Positions 25,225-37,724 are shown, counted from the first letter of the stretch. The stretch: DNA of 64,000 bases from Octopus sinensis (GCF_006345805.1 NC_042998.1:29140001-29204000); one strand, 5' to 3'. Notes: generated by a model from the letters alone, not told the origin. Made by a program: numbers and translations.

Positions 25225-25650
25225 CATGGGAACAAAGCCTGAGACTTTGAGGGGAGGGGCTAGTCCTCAACTGTTACACATTTTATCAACCGAGAAAGGA
25301 TGAAAGCTGAATTGGACCGCCACGGTCTTTGAGGAAAGAACGTAAAGAGCCAGAAGAAATACTCGTTTCAGTCATTTGATTGCGGCCATGACCCAGGACT
25401 CATTCTTTGTAAACTTGCTACTTATTCTATCGTTCTCTTATGCCGAACAGCTACGTTACGAGGACGAAAACACACCAACATCGGTTATAAAGCGACGATG
25501 GTGGGACAAAAACAGACAAACAAACATATACATATATACGACGGGCTTCTTTCAGTTTCCGTCTACCAAATCCACTCACATGGCTTTATTCGGCCCGAGG
25601 CTATAGTAAAAGACACTCGCCCAAGGAGACATACAGTGGAACTGAACCTG
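25225..25650 (-). mobile_element. Decayed SINE A (25225-25355) next to SINE B (25365-25650)
   Basis: GAAAGGATGAAAG core remnant; CAGTCATTTGATTGCGGCCATG tail and GACGGGCTTCTTTCAGTTTCCGTCTACC body. Confidence 0.75.
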
Positions 25651-25758
25651 TAAGCTATCTTTGATGTAAGTTGTTGCTGTTGGAGCTTAGCATATTATTG
25701 TAGTAGCAGTAGTGGTGGTGGTGGTGGTAGTTGCTGTTAGTGGCAGTGCTCCTCATAG

Positions 25759-25937
25759 CTCCAAACTTGTAAGAAGTCGGATGCTGACGATGTCCCCTTC
25801 ATCACAACTAAACAATGGGCTCCAAAGGCGACTCCTATTCTCGCGAAGGTCTTCAGCCTCTTTGACAGCATCGACGACAAGCGCCAAACCTTGTTGCCAA
25901 CTCCTTGGATCAAATCTCTAGCGACAACTTCACATAT
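25759..25937 (+). mobile_element. Possible CR1/Jockey-group RT N-terminal remnant
   Basis: Open frame LQTCKKSDADDVPFITTKQWAPKATPILAKVFSLF...LPTPW resembles K..GPD.IP...LK.CAPEL.PIL.KLF......FP..WK. Could instead be an exon (AG and GT flank it). Confidence 0.4.
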
Positions 25938-27148
25938 GTATGTATATATGTATATATACGTATGTGTGTGTGATTTTCTATATGTCTGCAAATATGTGCA
26001 AATATCTTACTGGATTAATGTTAATATTATAAGAGACTTAACGGCCTCTAATGCATACACAAAAATCAATGAAACGGCTGATAAACAAGCAATTTGTCGC
26101 TGATAGAAAATCTATGATTAATTCTGTGAATTCAAATTTTGTAGATGACTAAACGACTTGCAAACCTGAAAACCCGATACGTAATTGTTATATCGCAGGA
26201 GATCGGTTTGATTTGCTTTGAAATATTTCTGATGCTTCTGAGAAAGCAAGAAACCAAAAAAAAAAAACAAACAAAACAAAAACAAAACAGAAGAAAAGAA
26301 AAGAAAATTTTTTTAAAGAAAGCAAGCATTCCTACTTTAAAATTTGCATGACGGCAAATGTTTAAGCAAATCTAGACGAATTAATGTTCACATAAGATTA
26401 ACAAACTCTTTTATGGTTGTGCGTGATTTGAGTAATAATACAAACAGTCACCATAAAGGAAATAAATAAACTTATATGAGAATACTTAAGAATGTTTTAC
26501 GATTAGATACAACAAAGAATCTGCGAAGTAAGTAGTCAGGTGAACAGATCTCTATGTCACATGACTACATTACTATAAGTAAGCTATTGGCAAATTCAGT
26601 TTTCAAGCTGATCTTGATATTCGAATGGAACCATTTTTCTTATTTATTTCGAATTTTATTGAATAAAGCATGAGGCTTAAATCTCGTATCACTTTTTCTC
26701 TGTAATACACACTTCTCCATTAATACTTTTTGTTTTTGTATAAAGAAGGTATGGTGATACACAGTTCGTATTTTCAACTTGGAGCTTTTCCAGAAGTTCG
26801 GCAATGTGCAGTTGAAATATAACTTGTGTTAATTCTTATAAATTTTACAACGTTAATCAGCAGATTATATTATAACAGACACGTACAATAGTTGAGTTGA
26901 AAGACAAGGGCAATCCATTACACAGTTGCAAGTCCACAACTGAGAAAAAATCCCTTGCCTGTTATATTAGATTACAGTTGATGTAGCCTATTTCACGTTG
27001 TATTTAGGCGGTGATTATAACCAATGCGTTCTGAAAAAGAAACGGCACCTAGTAGTAAATGAATTTTGCTTCAATCATTTCTCTACACGCCTAATTTCGT
27101 GAACATTTAGTATATATAAACATACAATAAATAAACAAATATATATAT

Positions 27149-27257
27149 CAAAATAAGCAGCAAGGATATCGAGAGGTAATACAGTACGATCGTTTCACGC
27201 AACTCCATTGAAACGATAGTACTGCATTACCTCTGGATATCCTTGTTGCTTATTTTG
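27149..27257. repeat. Imperfect palindrome related to 21782-21965
   Basis: CAAAATAAGCAGCAAGGATATCGAGAGGTAATACAGTACGATCGTTTCA / TGAAACGATAGTACTGCATTACCTCTGGATATCCTTGTTGCTTATTTTG with an 11-nt loop. Confidence 0.9.
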
Positions 27258-27358
27258 GCTCAAATCACCTTGTTTTAAAATTGTGTGGATAATACCGTAC
27301 TAAATTCTGATGCCTCAACTTCAGTACCATATTCATTTGAATCTAAATGTTTGCTGAA

Positions 27359-27389
<31 letters not shown>

Positions 27390-27414
27390 CTGTATATATG
27401 TAAGCATGTATATA

Positions 27415-28197
27415 TTAAGTTTGTGAAAGACTTGGGATCAGTATGTGCAATGACGTATCATTTTATATGCACATTGCCAAGAATGGTAGCAAAGTGCAGG
27501 CAACTCGCAGGATGGATACTAACGTCCTTCAAGACAAGAGACCAAGAATCTATGTAGATCCTGTGGAGAACCTTTGTTCTCAGCCACCTGGACTTCTACT
27601 CCCAGTTATGGTCACCACATAGTGCCAAACTAAAAGCAGAACTCGAGGCAGTCCAACGCCACTACACTAAAAAGATTGAAACAGGGCAGCGGATGAGCTA
27701 CAAGGATAGGCTGTGAAAACTGCAACTTTACTCTCTGGAGAGATATGCAATAATCTACATAAGGAAAACTCTAGAGGGGCTAGTACCTAATTTCAGCATT
27801 GAGTGTTATGCAGATGCTAGAACTAGCCATCATTATATGGTATCAAACATACGATTCACTCCATCTAAATTGAGGACCAGGTACTGCAATAGTCTAGGGT
27901 TCAAAGGCCCACAACTCTTCAATGCACTGACGCAAAAATTAAGAAATCTGTATAGATGTCTTCAAAAAGGAACCAGACTTCCTTTTCTGCACGATGCCGG
28001 ATGAACCAACAGCCCGACATGAGGTACAGATGAGGGCAGCGGATCTAAACACCCTCATACACCAAATAGGCCAACGGCTGGAACAAAGCCACATGCAGGA
28101 GTGGTGAAGTGAAACACACCAGACTGAGGAAATCAGAAAGACCACGGTAGTGCCCCAGCATGGCCGCAACCGCATGGTTGAAACGAATAAAAGAATA
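27415..28197 (+). mobile_element. CR1-like LINE, 3' portion (older subfamily)
   Basis: VKDLG, KCRQLAGWILTSFKTRD, WSPHS, ELEAVQRHYTKKI, GFKGPQLFN; 3' end GTGCCCCAGCATGGCCGCAAC...GAATAAAAGAATA. Confidence 0.9.
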
Positions 28198-28679
28198 TAT
28201 AATTCTTTTATTATATTATTAATTTTATTATTTTATTCGTTTCAGTTATTGCACATACTGATGGTAGTCTTTCACTGCCTGTGACTCTGGGATTGTAGTG
28301 CCTTTGGGCCTTGTATTTGCAGGCTGTAGTGAACCCGAGGGTTGATATGTACGAAAATTTATGCCAACACAACGTTATCAAAGTAATCAATATTGGTAAA
28401 ATTTTAACTTAATATCGGTTAAAATCAAATAATATGTGTATCTGAATATATGCATACGTATATGACTATACATAAATGCGTATATGTATATGAGCATATA
28501 TATATACATGTCTGTATATGCATATATATATTATTTTTTTACTAGTTTCAGTCATGCGGCTGTAGCCATGCTGGAGCACTATCATGGTCTTTCTGATTTC
28601 CTCAGTCTAGGGCGTTTCATTATATCCCTCCTGTATGTGCCTTTGTTTCAGCTGTTGGCCCATTTGGTGTATGAGAGAG

Positions 28680-29255
28680 CGTCATTAGCGAAAAGTGTGG
28701 TCGAGCATTGTCATAAAGAATCATTGGCCGTCCTCTTCTGTTGACCAGTCTGGGACGGAGGAGTAGCAGTTTTTCGTTCATTTTGGAAATTTCACGGCAA
28801 TATGTTTCTGCAGTAATGGTTTTCCCGTGTTTTAAAAAGTTATAGTGGAGGAATCCAGCAGTACACCACCAAACAGTCATCATAACCTTCTGTTTGAAAA
28901 GTTCGGGTTTAAGGAAGGTTTACGGTGCTCCATTTTGGTCCAACCACTGCGAAGAACGTTTTTTTATTATTGTACAGAATCCACTTTTCACTGCAAGTTA
29001 CAATACGGTCGTGAAATGGATCGATTTGGTTACGGAAAAGAAACGACGAGCAAATTTCATATCTGTGCATTTTCTGATTTTCATTCGAATCGTTTGGTAC
29101 GCATTTGTCCGATTGCATGCACTTTTCTGGCTAACTTGAATTTCCTTTGCCTGTTCTCGAGTGGTTTTACGTGGAGCTTTCGCAATGACCATCTTTAATT
29201 GAGTGTCAGCGATGACAGATGGACACCCACTACGCTCACGATCGTCAAGGCCCAT
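28680..29255 (-). mobile_element. Mariner (DD34D-type) transposase fragment
   Basis: LDDRERSGCP, FHDRIVTCSEKWILYNN, MMTVWWCTAG..HYNFLKHGKTITAETYC, ILYDNARPH; both ends missing. Confidence 0.9.
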
Positions 29256-29650
29256 GCAAATCGCACCGCCACAGTTGCTTATTTCCTCCCCCAGGCAAAT
29301 TAGGTGACATCCTGCCAGATGGGTCTCAAAGTCTTCTCTGCTTTTATGTTTTTCACTATCTCCATTCTCTTTGCATCCGGATTATACGTTCTATATATTA
29401 TTGTCCTTTTTGCATGTCTTTTGAAACTCCACTCGGAGGGGGTCACTTTTACTTTGTGCCCCGCCCTTCTCAGAATTTCCTTGTACTTATTCAACTCCAC
29501 CTTCTTAAAACAAATCTCTTCTCTTGTTTCACCAGCCCCAGCTGCGAAGTTCATTTTATTTTGTCCCATCTTCTGGTCTGCGATATCTAACTTTCTCAGT
29601 AATTCTTCTGATGCCGTTACGTCTGAAGAATTCAAGTCTTCATACATCAT
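29256..29650 (-). mobile_element. Protein-like ORF fragment, probably the N-terminus of a non-LTR retrotransposon ORF1
   Basis: 116-aa open frame (MMYEDLNSSD...RTIIYRTYNPDAKRMEIV...RPIWQDVT) continuing past two stops as FAWGRK*ATVAVRF. Assignment rests on recalled similarity only. Confidence 0.45.
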
Positions 29651-30033
29651 GAAGACACAATGCGTTCCTCCTTAAAACAAGGGGGACAGCGTTAACGCAA
29701 CTGGTGGAAGGCAGAAAAACAAGTGTCTCAAGACACAACAATAAGAAATATAATTCCAGTTCAACAATCCTTCACTAACCTCTTTAACGACGCATAAACA
29801 AGATTCACGAACAAGCTGGTCCAACGGGGAAAAAATATCAATGTTAATTTATTGATGCATTTGGGCAAACCTATCGCTGTATTATCAGACAATTGCTAAA
29901 AATGTTTAAGAAAAATTCAAAACTGCAAAAGTCCGATACAAATTCTTCATGGTTCAAAACGTTGCTTACTTAACCCGATATATGTGTGTGTGTGTAGATA
30001 TATATGTATGTATATATATATATATATATATAT

Positions 30034-30300
30034 AGGGAGAATTCACAAAAAAAAAAAACAAAAGACGAAAACAGGCGGTGTAGACAACAAACAGAATGGA
30101 ACTGCAGATGCAATATCCCTGCATATCTCACGTCTATTCTCATTCCTCCACTTCACTCTCTATTTCATATCTTCTCTAGAATAACTATTGCTTAACCCTT
30201 TTCTCGCCCGTCTCCGATGAAGGGATATATAAAATATCCTGGAAACAGCTGCAAGGCCTTTTCTTTATAAATGTTCTGAAATTTTTTACAGCCTTAGATT
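30034..30300. mobile_element. Two different Penelope-like termini joined in opposite orientation, flanked by (TA)n
   Basis: 30034-30092 matches the minus-strand 3' end of the 5054/39031 family; the rest carries a plus-strand hammerhead-like motif. Confidence 0.6.
30210..30257 (+). ncRNA. Minimal hammerhead-like motif, CCGAUGA core variant
   Basis: GTCT-CCGATGA-A-GGGATAT ATAAA ATATCCT-G-GAAAC-AGCT-GCA-AGGC: stem I 4 bp, stem II 7 bp, CAGCTG palindrome; triplet GCA lacks the required U. Confidence 0.55.
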
Positions 30301-30321
30301 TTTATCCCATTCTGTTAATTG

Positions 30322-30444
<123 letters not shown>

Positions 30445-30772
30445 TGTGTGTTGATCCGTGATAGAATATGCAGCAAAAAGAAAAAAAAGGAGTATATATG
30501 TAGTGTGCATGTATGCCTGTGAAGTAAGTAAACGTAGCCTATAAATTCCCGAAACATACCTTATTCATGTAATTCTGTTACATTTCTTTTTCGTTTTGTA
30601 ATGTGAAGTAGTCTTTAAGGCGCCAAACCCTGGGAACTTAAAGCAGGATTTAATTGTTATTGTTTATTTCAACTTTCTATTATTCTAAGTATAAAGGAGA
30701 ATAATTGAAACCCGCTACAATTTTGGAAAATTAAAAACCGCTTCTTATTTAAGATAGTATTTTAGGAACGAT

Positions 30773-31765
30773 GGAGAAGACAAAGAAAGAAGAGGAGAAA
30801 GAAAGAAGAGAAGGAGGAAAAAGGAGAGAAGGAAAAAGAAAGAGAAAGAAAAGAAAGAAGAGAATGAAAAAGAAAGGAGAAAGAAAGAAGAGAAGGAGAA
30901 AGAAAGAAGAGAAGAAGAAAGAAGAGAAGGAGAAAGAAAGAAGAGAAGAAGAAAGAAGAGAAGGAGAAAGAAAGAAGAGAAGGAGAAAGAAGAGAAGGAG
31001 AAAGAAGAGAAGGAGAAAGAAGAGAAGGAGAAAGAAAGAAAGAAAGAGAAGGAGAAAGAAAGGAGAGAAGGAGAAACAAAGAAGAGAAGGAGAAACAAAG
31101 AAGAGAAGGAGAAACAAAGAAGAGAAGGAGAAAGAAAGAAGAGAAGGAAAAAGAAAGAAGAGAAGGAAAAAGAAAGAAGAGAAGGAAAAAGAACAAAGAG
31201 AAGGAAAAAGAACAAAGAGAAGGAAAAAGAACAAAGAGAAGGAAAAAGAACAAAGAGAAGGAAAAAGAACAAAGAGAAGGAAAAAGAACAAAGAGAAGGA
31301 AAGGAAAAAGAAAGAAGAGAAGGAGAAAGAAGAGAAGGAGAAAGAAAGAAGGGAAGGAGAAAGAAAGAAGGAGAAAGAAAGAAGGGAAGGAGAAAGAAAG
31401 AAGGGAAGGAGAAAGAAAGAAGAAAAGGAGAAAGAGAAAAGGGAAGGAGAAAGAAAGAAGGGAAGGAGAAAGAAAGGGAAGGAGAAAGAAAGAAGGGAAG
31501 GAGAAAGAAAGAAGGGAAGGAGAAAGAAAGGGAAGGAGAAAGAGAAAAGGGAAGGAGAAAGAGAAAAGGGAAGGAGAAAGAAAGAAGGGAAGGAGAAAGA
31601 GAAAAGGGAAGGAGAAAGAGAAAAGGGAAGGAGAAAGAGAAAAGGGAAGGAGAAAGAGAAAGAGAAACAAAGAAGAGAAGGACAAATAAAGAAGAGAAGG
31701 AAAAACAAAGAAGAGAAGGAAAAAGAAAGAAGAGAAGGAAAAAGAAAGCAGAGACGGAGAAAGAC
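30773..31765 (+). repeat. About 1-kb polypurine minisatellite (units of about 13-19 bp such as AGGAAAAAGAACAAAGAGA)
   Basis: Almost only A and G; explains the stop-free K/R/E and F/L/S ORFs. Confidence 0.95.
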
Positions 31766-33332
31766 GAAGCTGAAGAGATGTAAGAAAATGAAAGTGGCAA
31801 CGTATTACAGATTGTGGAAGACGACGTTTATATTGGTAGTGCTAGGGTTCTGAGAAATAAAGCAATTTTATGTGGCAACTGAATTTATAATGCGATGGAT
31901 ATTGTCTGCTAGTAGATAGTATAAAATATTCAAGTGGGAAACTTTTGCATTGGTTTTTATTGTGGCTGATCACAGTAACTGGTTCCTATTAGACTTGCTT
32001 CAATATATATGAAAGAACATTATTTTGAATTATACTAACCTTTTTTTTTTATTGTTCTTGTAACTGCTATCTTCTAAAATATGTACAATTCAAATCTGAT
32101 TATATCAAGTAAATGAAATTCTCAGTAAAAGATCATTAGTAAGAGATATAAAGATGTGCAGTGTGATACATTAATATATTTTTATCATTATTATTATTAT
32201 TATTATTATTATGAGAGATCGAATTTCGTAGCACAAATAGGTTTGAGATTTGATGTTTATCCATTGCTACGAGTGGTTACATCAATAGTAGACCACTTCA
32301 CACTATGTTGCTATGAAGTAATTCGTTTTCGAATCTGAGCAGCTTAGGTATGATAATGGATAAATGTCAGCGACCTGGTTCCGATATTCATGCAGAATCG
32401 TTTCCCATTTATCACCAAGACCTTTGTGTAAGACGTAAATTTCAAAATTTCGCATAGTAGCATTTCACCGACAAAAGTGTCTGTAGCGTTTAATATATCG
32501 TATATAGAAAATATATAAAAGTATTGCTCGCATCTTGAAGCATTGTATAATTAATGAGTATTTCATTGTGTTTCAGACGCTTTGCAGAAATAATTCCGTG
32601 ATCTTAGGCGCAATAATTGAAATGGGAAACGCATTCAATATTCTTTATTTGAAACACTGCATGAATACAAAATCTCCGGAAGTCAAACAGTGATCCATTG
32701 AATCGTAGGAAATTAATCAAGATATATATATATATATGTATATTTATATATTTGTGTTATTAATATTGTTAAGTTGTTGTTGTTCTCGTTATTGCTGATC
32801 ATCCCACCAGGTCAGCTGTAACCAAGCAAACTGGCGATGAAAAGTTCCGAGACGTGACTTTCATGTCCGTTACCCCCCAATCACAGTGAACATCGTACCG
32901 CATTATATAATATATCCATTTTGGTCGTATACAAGTTGAATGAGAATTGGCTGCTATTTCTAGCAGGTAGGACAACAACGAAAAGGCTATCTCACTGAAA
33001 ACAAAACATAGCAGGGGAATAACAGAAATAAGATGTGTTGGGTCGTGCCTTGGTGTATTTTAGTTTACTTTCTGAAAACAAATTAAACCCAGGGTTAATC
33101 TTCCGCCTTTCAACTCTGAACAAATAACCCTCATGCAACACGTTGGATTCCAATGATTAACAGAGCCTTCCATAAAAATGCGAGGCTTTGAATAAGTTGC
33201 AAGGATTGTATTTAACTTAAGTATGATAATTCGGTGTATTTAGCTGAGAGTTACAATCGCCTATACTTCAACAGAAAACTTTTCCTTATTATCTAACTAG
33301 CTGACGGTTAATTGTAGTATTTCATATGTAAA

Positions 33333-34950
33333 CTAGCAGAGATACCCTGTGTTGCTCGGGATTAAAATGGTATATTACAGTTATGGACGGATGTAAAGAA
33401 TACGTACACCACCAGTTTTCGGCGTAACAAAAACCCTAACTCATAACCATCGAATGTACGTATTCTTTACCTTCGCCCAGTTATGTTGAAACAGGTGATA
33501 CGGGAAAGTGCAATATTGACGACAAAATATTTGTGGAATAAATGATGGTCTAATTCGACTAATCGACATGGCCTAACATATCATGAAAAATTGAGAGGTG
33601 GGTTGATAGTCAAATGAATGGAGGGGAAATGGAAATATTGTACGTAAATGGGTACATTCTGAAAATGGGTTGCAATAGGAGACGCAAATAAGGAAGTGAA
33701 TTGTTGAAAGGTGATTGAGAAGGTGCTGGTAGTGCTGGCAACTTTACCTTACTGCCTGAGCAGCATATGCCATTAGTTTCATTTGGAAATTTGAAAGCTT
33801 TGCAGAAACGACAATTTGAGTGTAGCACACAAATTTGTACAGAATTATCATTTTTCTAAGATTGGGATGTATCGTATCTGAAAGCAACAACTGTTGTTGT
33901 GAAGAACGAATTTGCATGTGGTCTATTTCTGAGAGCTATTGTATTGGACATCTGTCTAATTTGGCGTGCTAAACCTTGTTCTAATGACTCGGCATTAAGT
34001 ATTACAGCACGCCTTAGCTGATTTTGAGAAAGTCTCATCTCTCTTCTCTGTTGAGATTCTCGCCTTTTGGTTGTCTGCAATCGTCCTCGCCTTTATACAG
34101 GTTTCTGGGGGAGATTACGTTTTTTCTTAGGTGGCATATTTTTTCAATATTGTAAACAAAAAATTATGAACATAAAAAAAAATATACATCAATCTCTATT
34201 TTTGTAAGCAGTTGTACGTATATAGTACATCCGTATTGTTGTATGCAGTGTAAATTAACGAAATATAAGCAAATTAACGAAATAGCACATGTATGGAACT
34301 GCTAATTTAACGGTAAATTCCACAATAATTATTACAGAGAGACAAAGAATTTTATGTCCTACCTTGCAACTGCTGCGATGGTTATTCATTGGCAATGGAA
34401 CAGTAAATACGTAGTGTTTTTATGAAAATAGAATTCCGTATTGACACTGGCCACACTTCACGCATGTCTCAGTCGTCCTCACAACAAGGAGAAAGAGACG
34501 GAAATAAAACAACACCTGTAAACATTTTTTCCCTTAAAACGTTCAGTGACGTTAACTGGAGTGTGAGGTTCCAGTACGCGTCATTCCACCTTTTCATTTA
34601 TCATTTCCATTCTTTTCAATCAATTTTAATTTTTTCCCCCACTTAAGTGTCTTGTCTCTCATGCTGTCCCCTCTGTGCTTCGACCCTGTTTGGTTCATAA
34701 AAAAATCAAGTCGTCAGCTACGTATGTGTAGATGTGTATGTATAAATGCATGTTGATACTGGCCGACCCGCACTTCACGCATGTCAGTCGTCAGGTTTGT
34801 ATATGTATGTGTAGATGTTTGTTTAATAACGTACCGTATATAGTATGTCTGTATTTTTGTATGCAGTGTAAATTAACGAAATAGAAGCACGTGTACAGAG
34901 AGAGACAAAGAATTTCATTTTTTACCTTCCAACTTTGCAACTGCTGCGAT
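33333..34950 (-). mobile_element. Internally deleted Helitron
   Basis: Minus-strand 3' end CCCGAGCAACACAGGG hairpin then CTAG|T at 33333; N-terminal R/E-rich stretch ending AFRYD; zinc motif CRFCKAFKFPNETNGICCSGSKVKLPALP; IALSRIT resembles PIF1 motif VI. The 5' boundary is uncertain and 34200-34470 is partly duplicated at 34755-34950. Confidence 0.75.
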
Positions 34951-35139
34951 AATTAACTTTCACTTTGACCGCCAGATCTTAAAAATAATTTCTTTGTAAC
35001 TTCGTATACTGGTAAAATATGTTACATAAAACATCTTTTTCTCTTGGCTTTCTTGAGAAAATTCTGTAGTTTGTAAGCTATTTGTTGTTAAATTTCTTGC
35101 ATTTCGGCAATTTCAATATAGCAATACTGGATTCAAAGT

Positions 35140-36230
35140 TTGGGACAAAAACGACAGCTTCATGGGAAGAGATAAGTCGATTATATTGATCCCCAGTGTA
35201 AAATGGTACTTATTTTATCGACCTCGAGTGAATGAATCGCAAAGTTCACCTCAGCGCACTTTGAACTCAGAACGCAAAGACGGGCAACATGCCGCTATGC
35301 AAATTCGAGCTCGGTAGCATTTGGACTCAGAGCACAAGACAGGCATTTTGCCTTTATACCCGTTATTAATATCGGTTTCAAATTTTGGCTAATGACCTGC
35401 AATTTCGGGGGGAGAGGCTAACTCGATTACATTGATCCCCAGTGATCAACTGGTATTTATTTTATCGACCCCGATTGGATGAAAGGCAAAGTCGGCCTCG
35501 GCGGAATTTGAACTAAGAATGTAAAAACTGACGAAATACCGCAATGCATTTCGCCTGGGATGCTAACGTTTCTGCCAGCTCGCCGGCTAAAACACAATAT
35601 TTTTTTCTACTCTAAGCGCAAGACCCGAAATTTTTTTGGGAGGAGGCCAGTTGATTAGATCGACGCAACTGGTACGCAACTGGTACGCAACTGGTACTTA
35701 ATTTATCGACCCCGAAAGGATGAAAGATAAAGTCGGCCTCAGTGGAATTTGAACTCAGAACGTAAAGACGGACTAAACGTCGCTAAGCATTTTTTTCCGG
35801 AATGCTAACGATTCTGCCAGCTCGTCGCCTTATACCAGTTATCAATATTACAATGTAATATTCGTCTGTCTTTACGTTCTGAATTCAACTTCCGCCTAGG
35901 TTACCTTTCATTCTTTCGGTATGGCTTGATGTCGATGTAATGAAGTTATCCCCACCCCCAAAACTGCTGGCTGTGTTGAAACACTTAAAACCAATAGTGA
36001 TAACTGGTGTAAGGTGGGAGAACTGTTAGCGAGACGGACAAAATGCATAATGACATTTCTTCCAGTTTCACGTTCTGAGTTCAAATTCTGCTAAGGTCGA
36101 CTTTGCCTTTTATCTTTTCAAGGTCGTTAAAATAAATACTAGTTGAGTACTGGTGTAGAAGTGATCGACCAATATCTCCGCTTCCAAATTTTAAGACTTG
36201 AGCCTTCAGTAGAGAGAATATTAACGATTT
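35140..36230. mobile_element. Cluster of about five SINE family A copies (three minus, two plus)
   Basis: Repeated TTTATCGACC...GAAAGG...AAAGTCGGCCTC...TTTGAACTCAGAAC; plus-strand TTCTGAGTTCAAATTC at about 36070; CGCAACTGGTA triplicated at about 35664-35696. Confidence 0.85.
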
Positions 36231-36555
36231 GTTGGCATTGACAGCAAATTACATAATGGGGCAATCATAGTTTAAGAAAATAAGTATATTGAACAAAATG
36301 CTTTTATTAATGGATATTTTTAAAAGTCCAAACTCTTGTAACTGAATGGAAAGGTTAACAGACAATGCTCCTTCTATTATGGAGGATTAAAATTAATCTT
36401 TATACCAGCCATAAAGATCATCGGAGGAAGTAAAAATTGGCTTATATCAATAGTTTTGCTGATGTTGAACTCCAGGTGAGCCAAGACGGAGCAGAACTCT
36501 TAGCAAATGCGTTATTTCCGTTTTAATCTAGCACAACAGGATTAGAGAGAATTTA

Positions 36556-36557
<2 letters not shown>

Positions 36558-36588
<31 letters not shown>

Positions 36589-36650
36589 CATACATACATA
36601 CATACATACATACATACATACATACATACATACATACATACATACATACG
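36558..36650. repeat. (TACA)n microsatellite
   Basis: Directly visible. Confidence 0.97.
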
Positions 36651-36789
36651 TTATCTGTATCTACTGTATCAATCAGACTACTGAATGCTGTCATAGAACG
36701 CCGATCACAATGCGATTCCAATTCTTTCTTGATTGTGTCATTCTTTTTCAATCTTGGTTTTAACTGTTTAACTAAATTGCCTACCCATC

Positions 36790-37600
36790 ATCGAAGACCG
36801 TCCGAGAGGCCTTTTCTGATCTCTTAGATGTCACTCGGCAACTGTACGGGTTCACCTGAGAACACTCGTCCTTTTCAGTGGAACTTGCGCTCACTGTGTT
36901 CTGCGGTCATACCTTTCACTCCGTTTTATTCTCAAATTATTCCATTTCAGATATGGTTCCACAATTATATTCTTAGCGTGACTCTTTCCATCACCTTTTG
37001 CATCATAGCCAATCGATATTTTTCTCTCTTCTTAACAGCACATGTCCCACTTGCATATAAGATCACAGGTAGGACGACACCATTGAAGAGACTGACACAT
37101 AGCATCCTGTGCAGTTATGTTTCGAGAACATCTTTTATAGTAGAAAACACCTCCCATTCTACCTTATTTCCCGTAAGATTTCATAGTCCATTTCTCGGCA
37201 TATACGTTCACTATGCGTCCCAAGTAGACGTATTCCTTTAGCGCCTCGATTTCATCACCATCCACCTTCATAAGGTGTTGTGCTGCGTATTCGGACCGCA
37301 TGTATTTTGCTTTCGTTCATTTCAAGGCCTACAGCCGGACAATGGGTGAGGACCTCTGTCAGCGTAGTCTGCTACTGATCTGTGATTTCGGCGATGAATA
37401 CCATGGAATCTGCAAATCGGAGGTGTGTTAGTGGCTCGCAGTTGATGTTCATGTTACCTTTGCATTTAATGTTTCTGACGACCATTTCTTGAAATGCGGT
37501 AAAAAGCTTTTGAGTGGTGGTATCTCCTCGATTAACATCCTTCTCAACCGGAACGCTAACGGGTAGTACAAGCAGGGGTATATCGATGATGCAGAGGAAT
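36790..37600 (-). mobile_element. RTE-clade LINE RT fragment
   Basis: Minus translation EPLTHLRFADSMVFIAEIT (37381-37440) and IEALKEYVYLGRIVN (37201-37250). Confidence 0.85.
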
Positions 37601-37722
37601 TAGTTTCTTTGAACAATTTGGTATTGCGCCTCGACCACCTTCCTCTCCAGAGATTTTAGCAGTACGTTCTTTTCGACGCTGTTGAGGGTCTTTTCGTAAT
37701 CAACATACATGCATACGCCCGC

Positions 37723-37724
<2 letters not shown>

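Noticed and set aside
30745-31853. 360-aa K/R/E-rich ORF and three antisense F/L/S-rich ORFs
   Set aside because: All arise from a T-poor polypurine repeat; no complexity or splice context.
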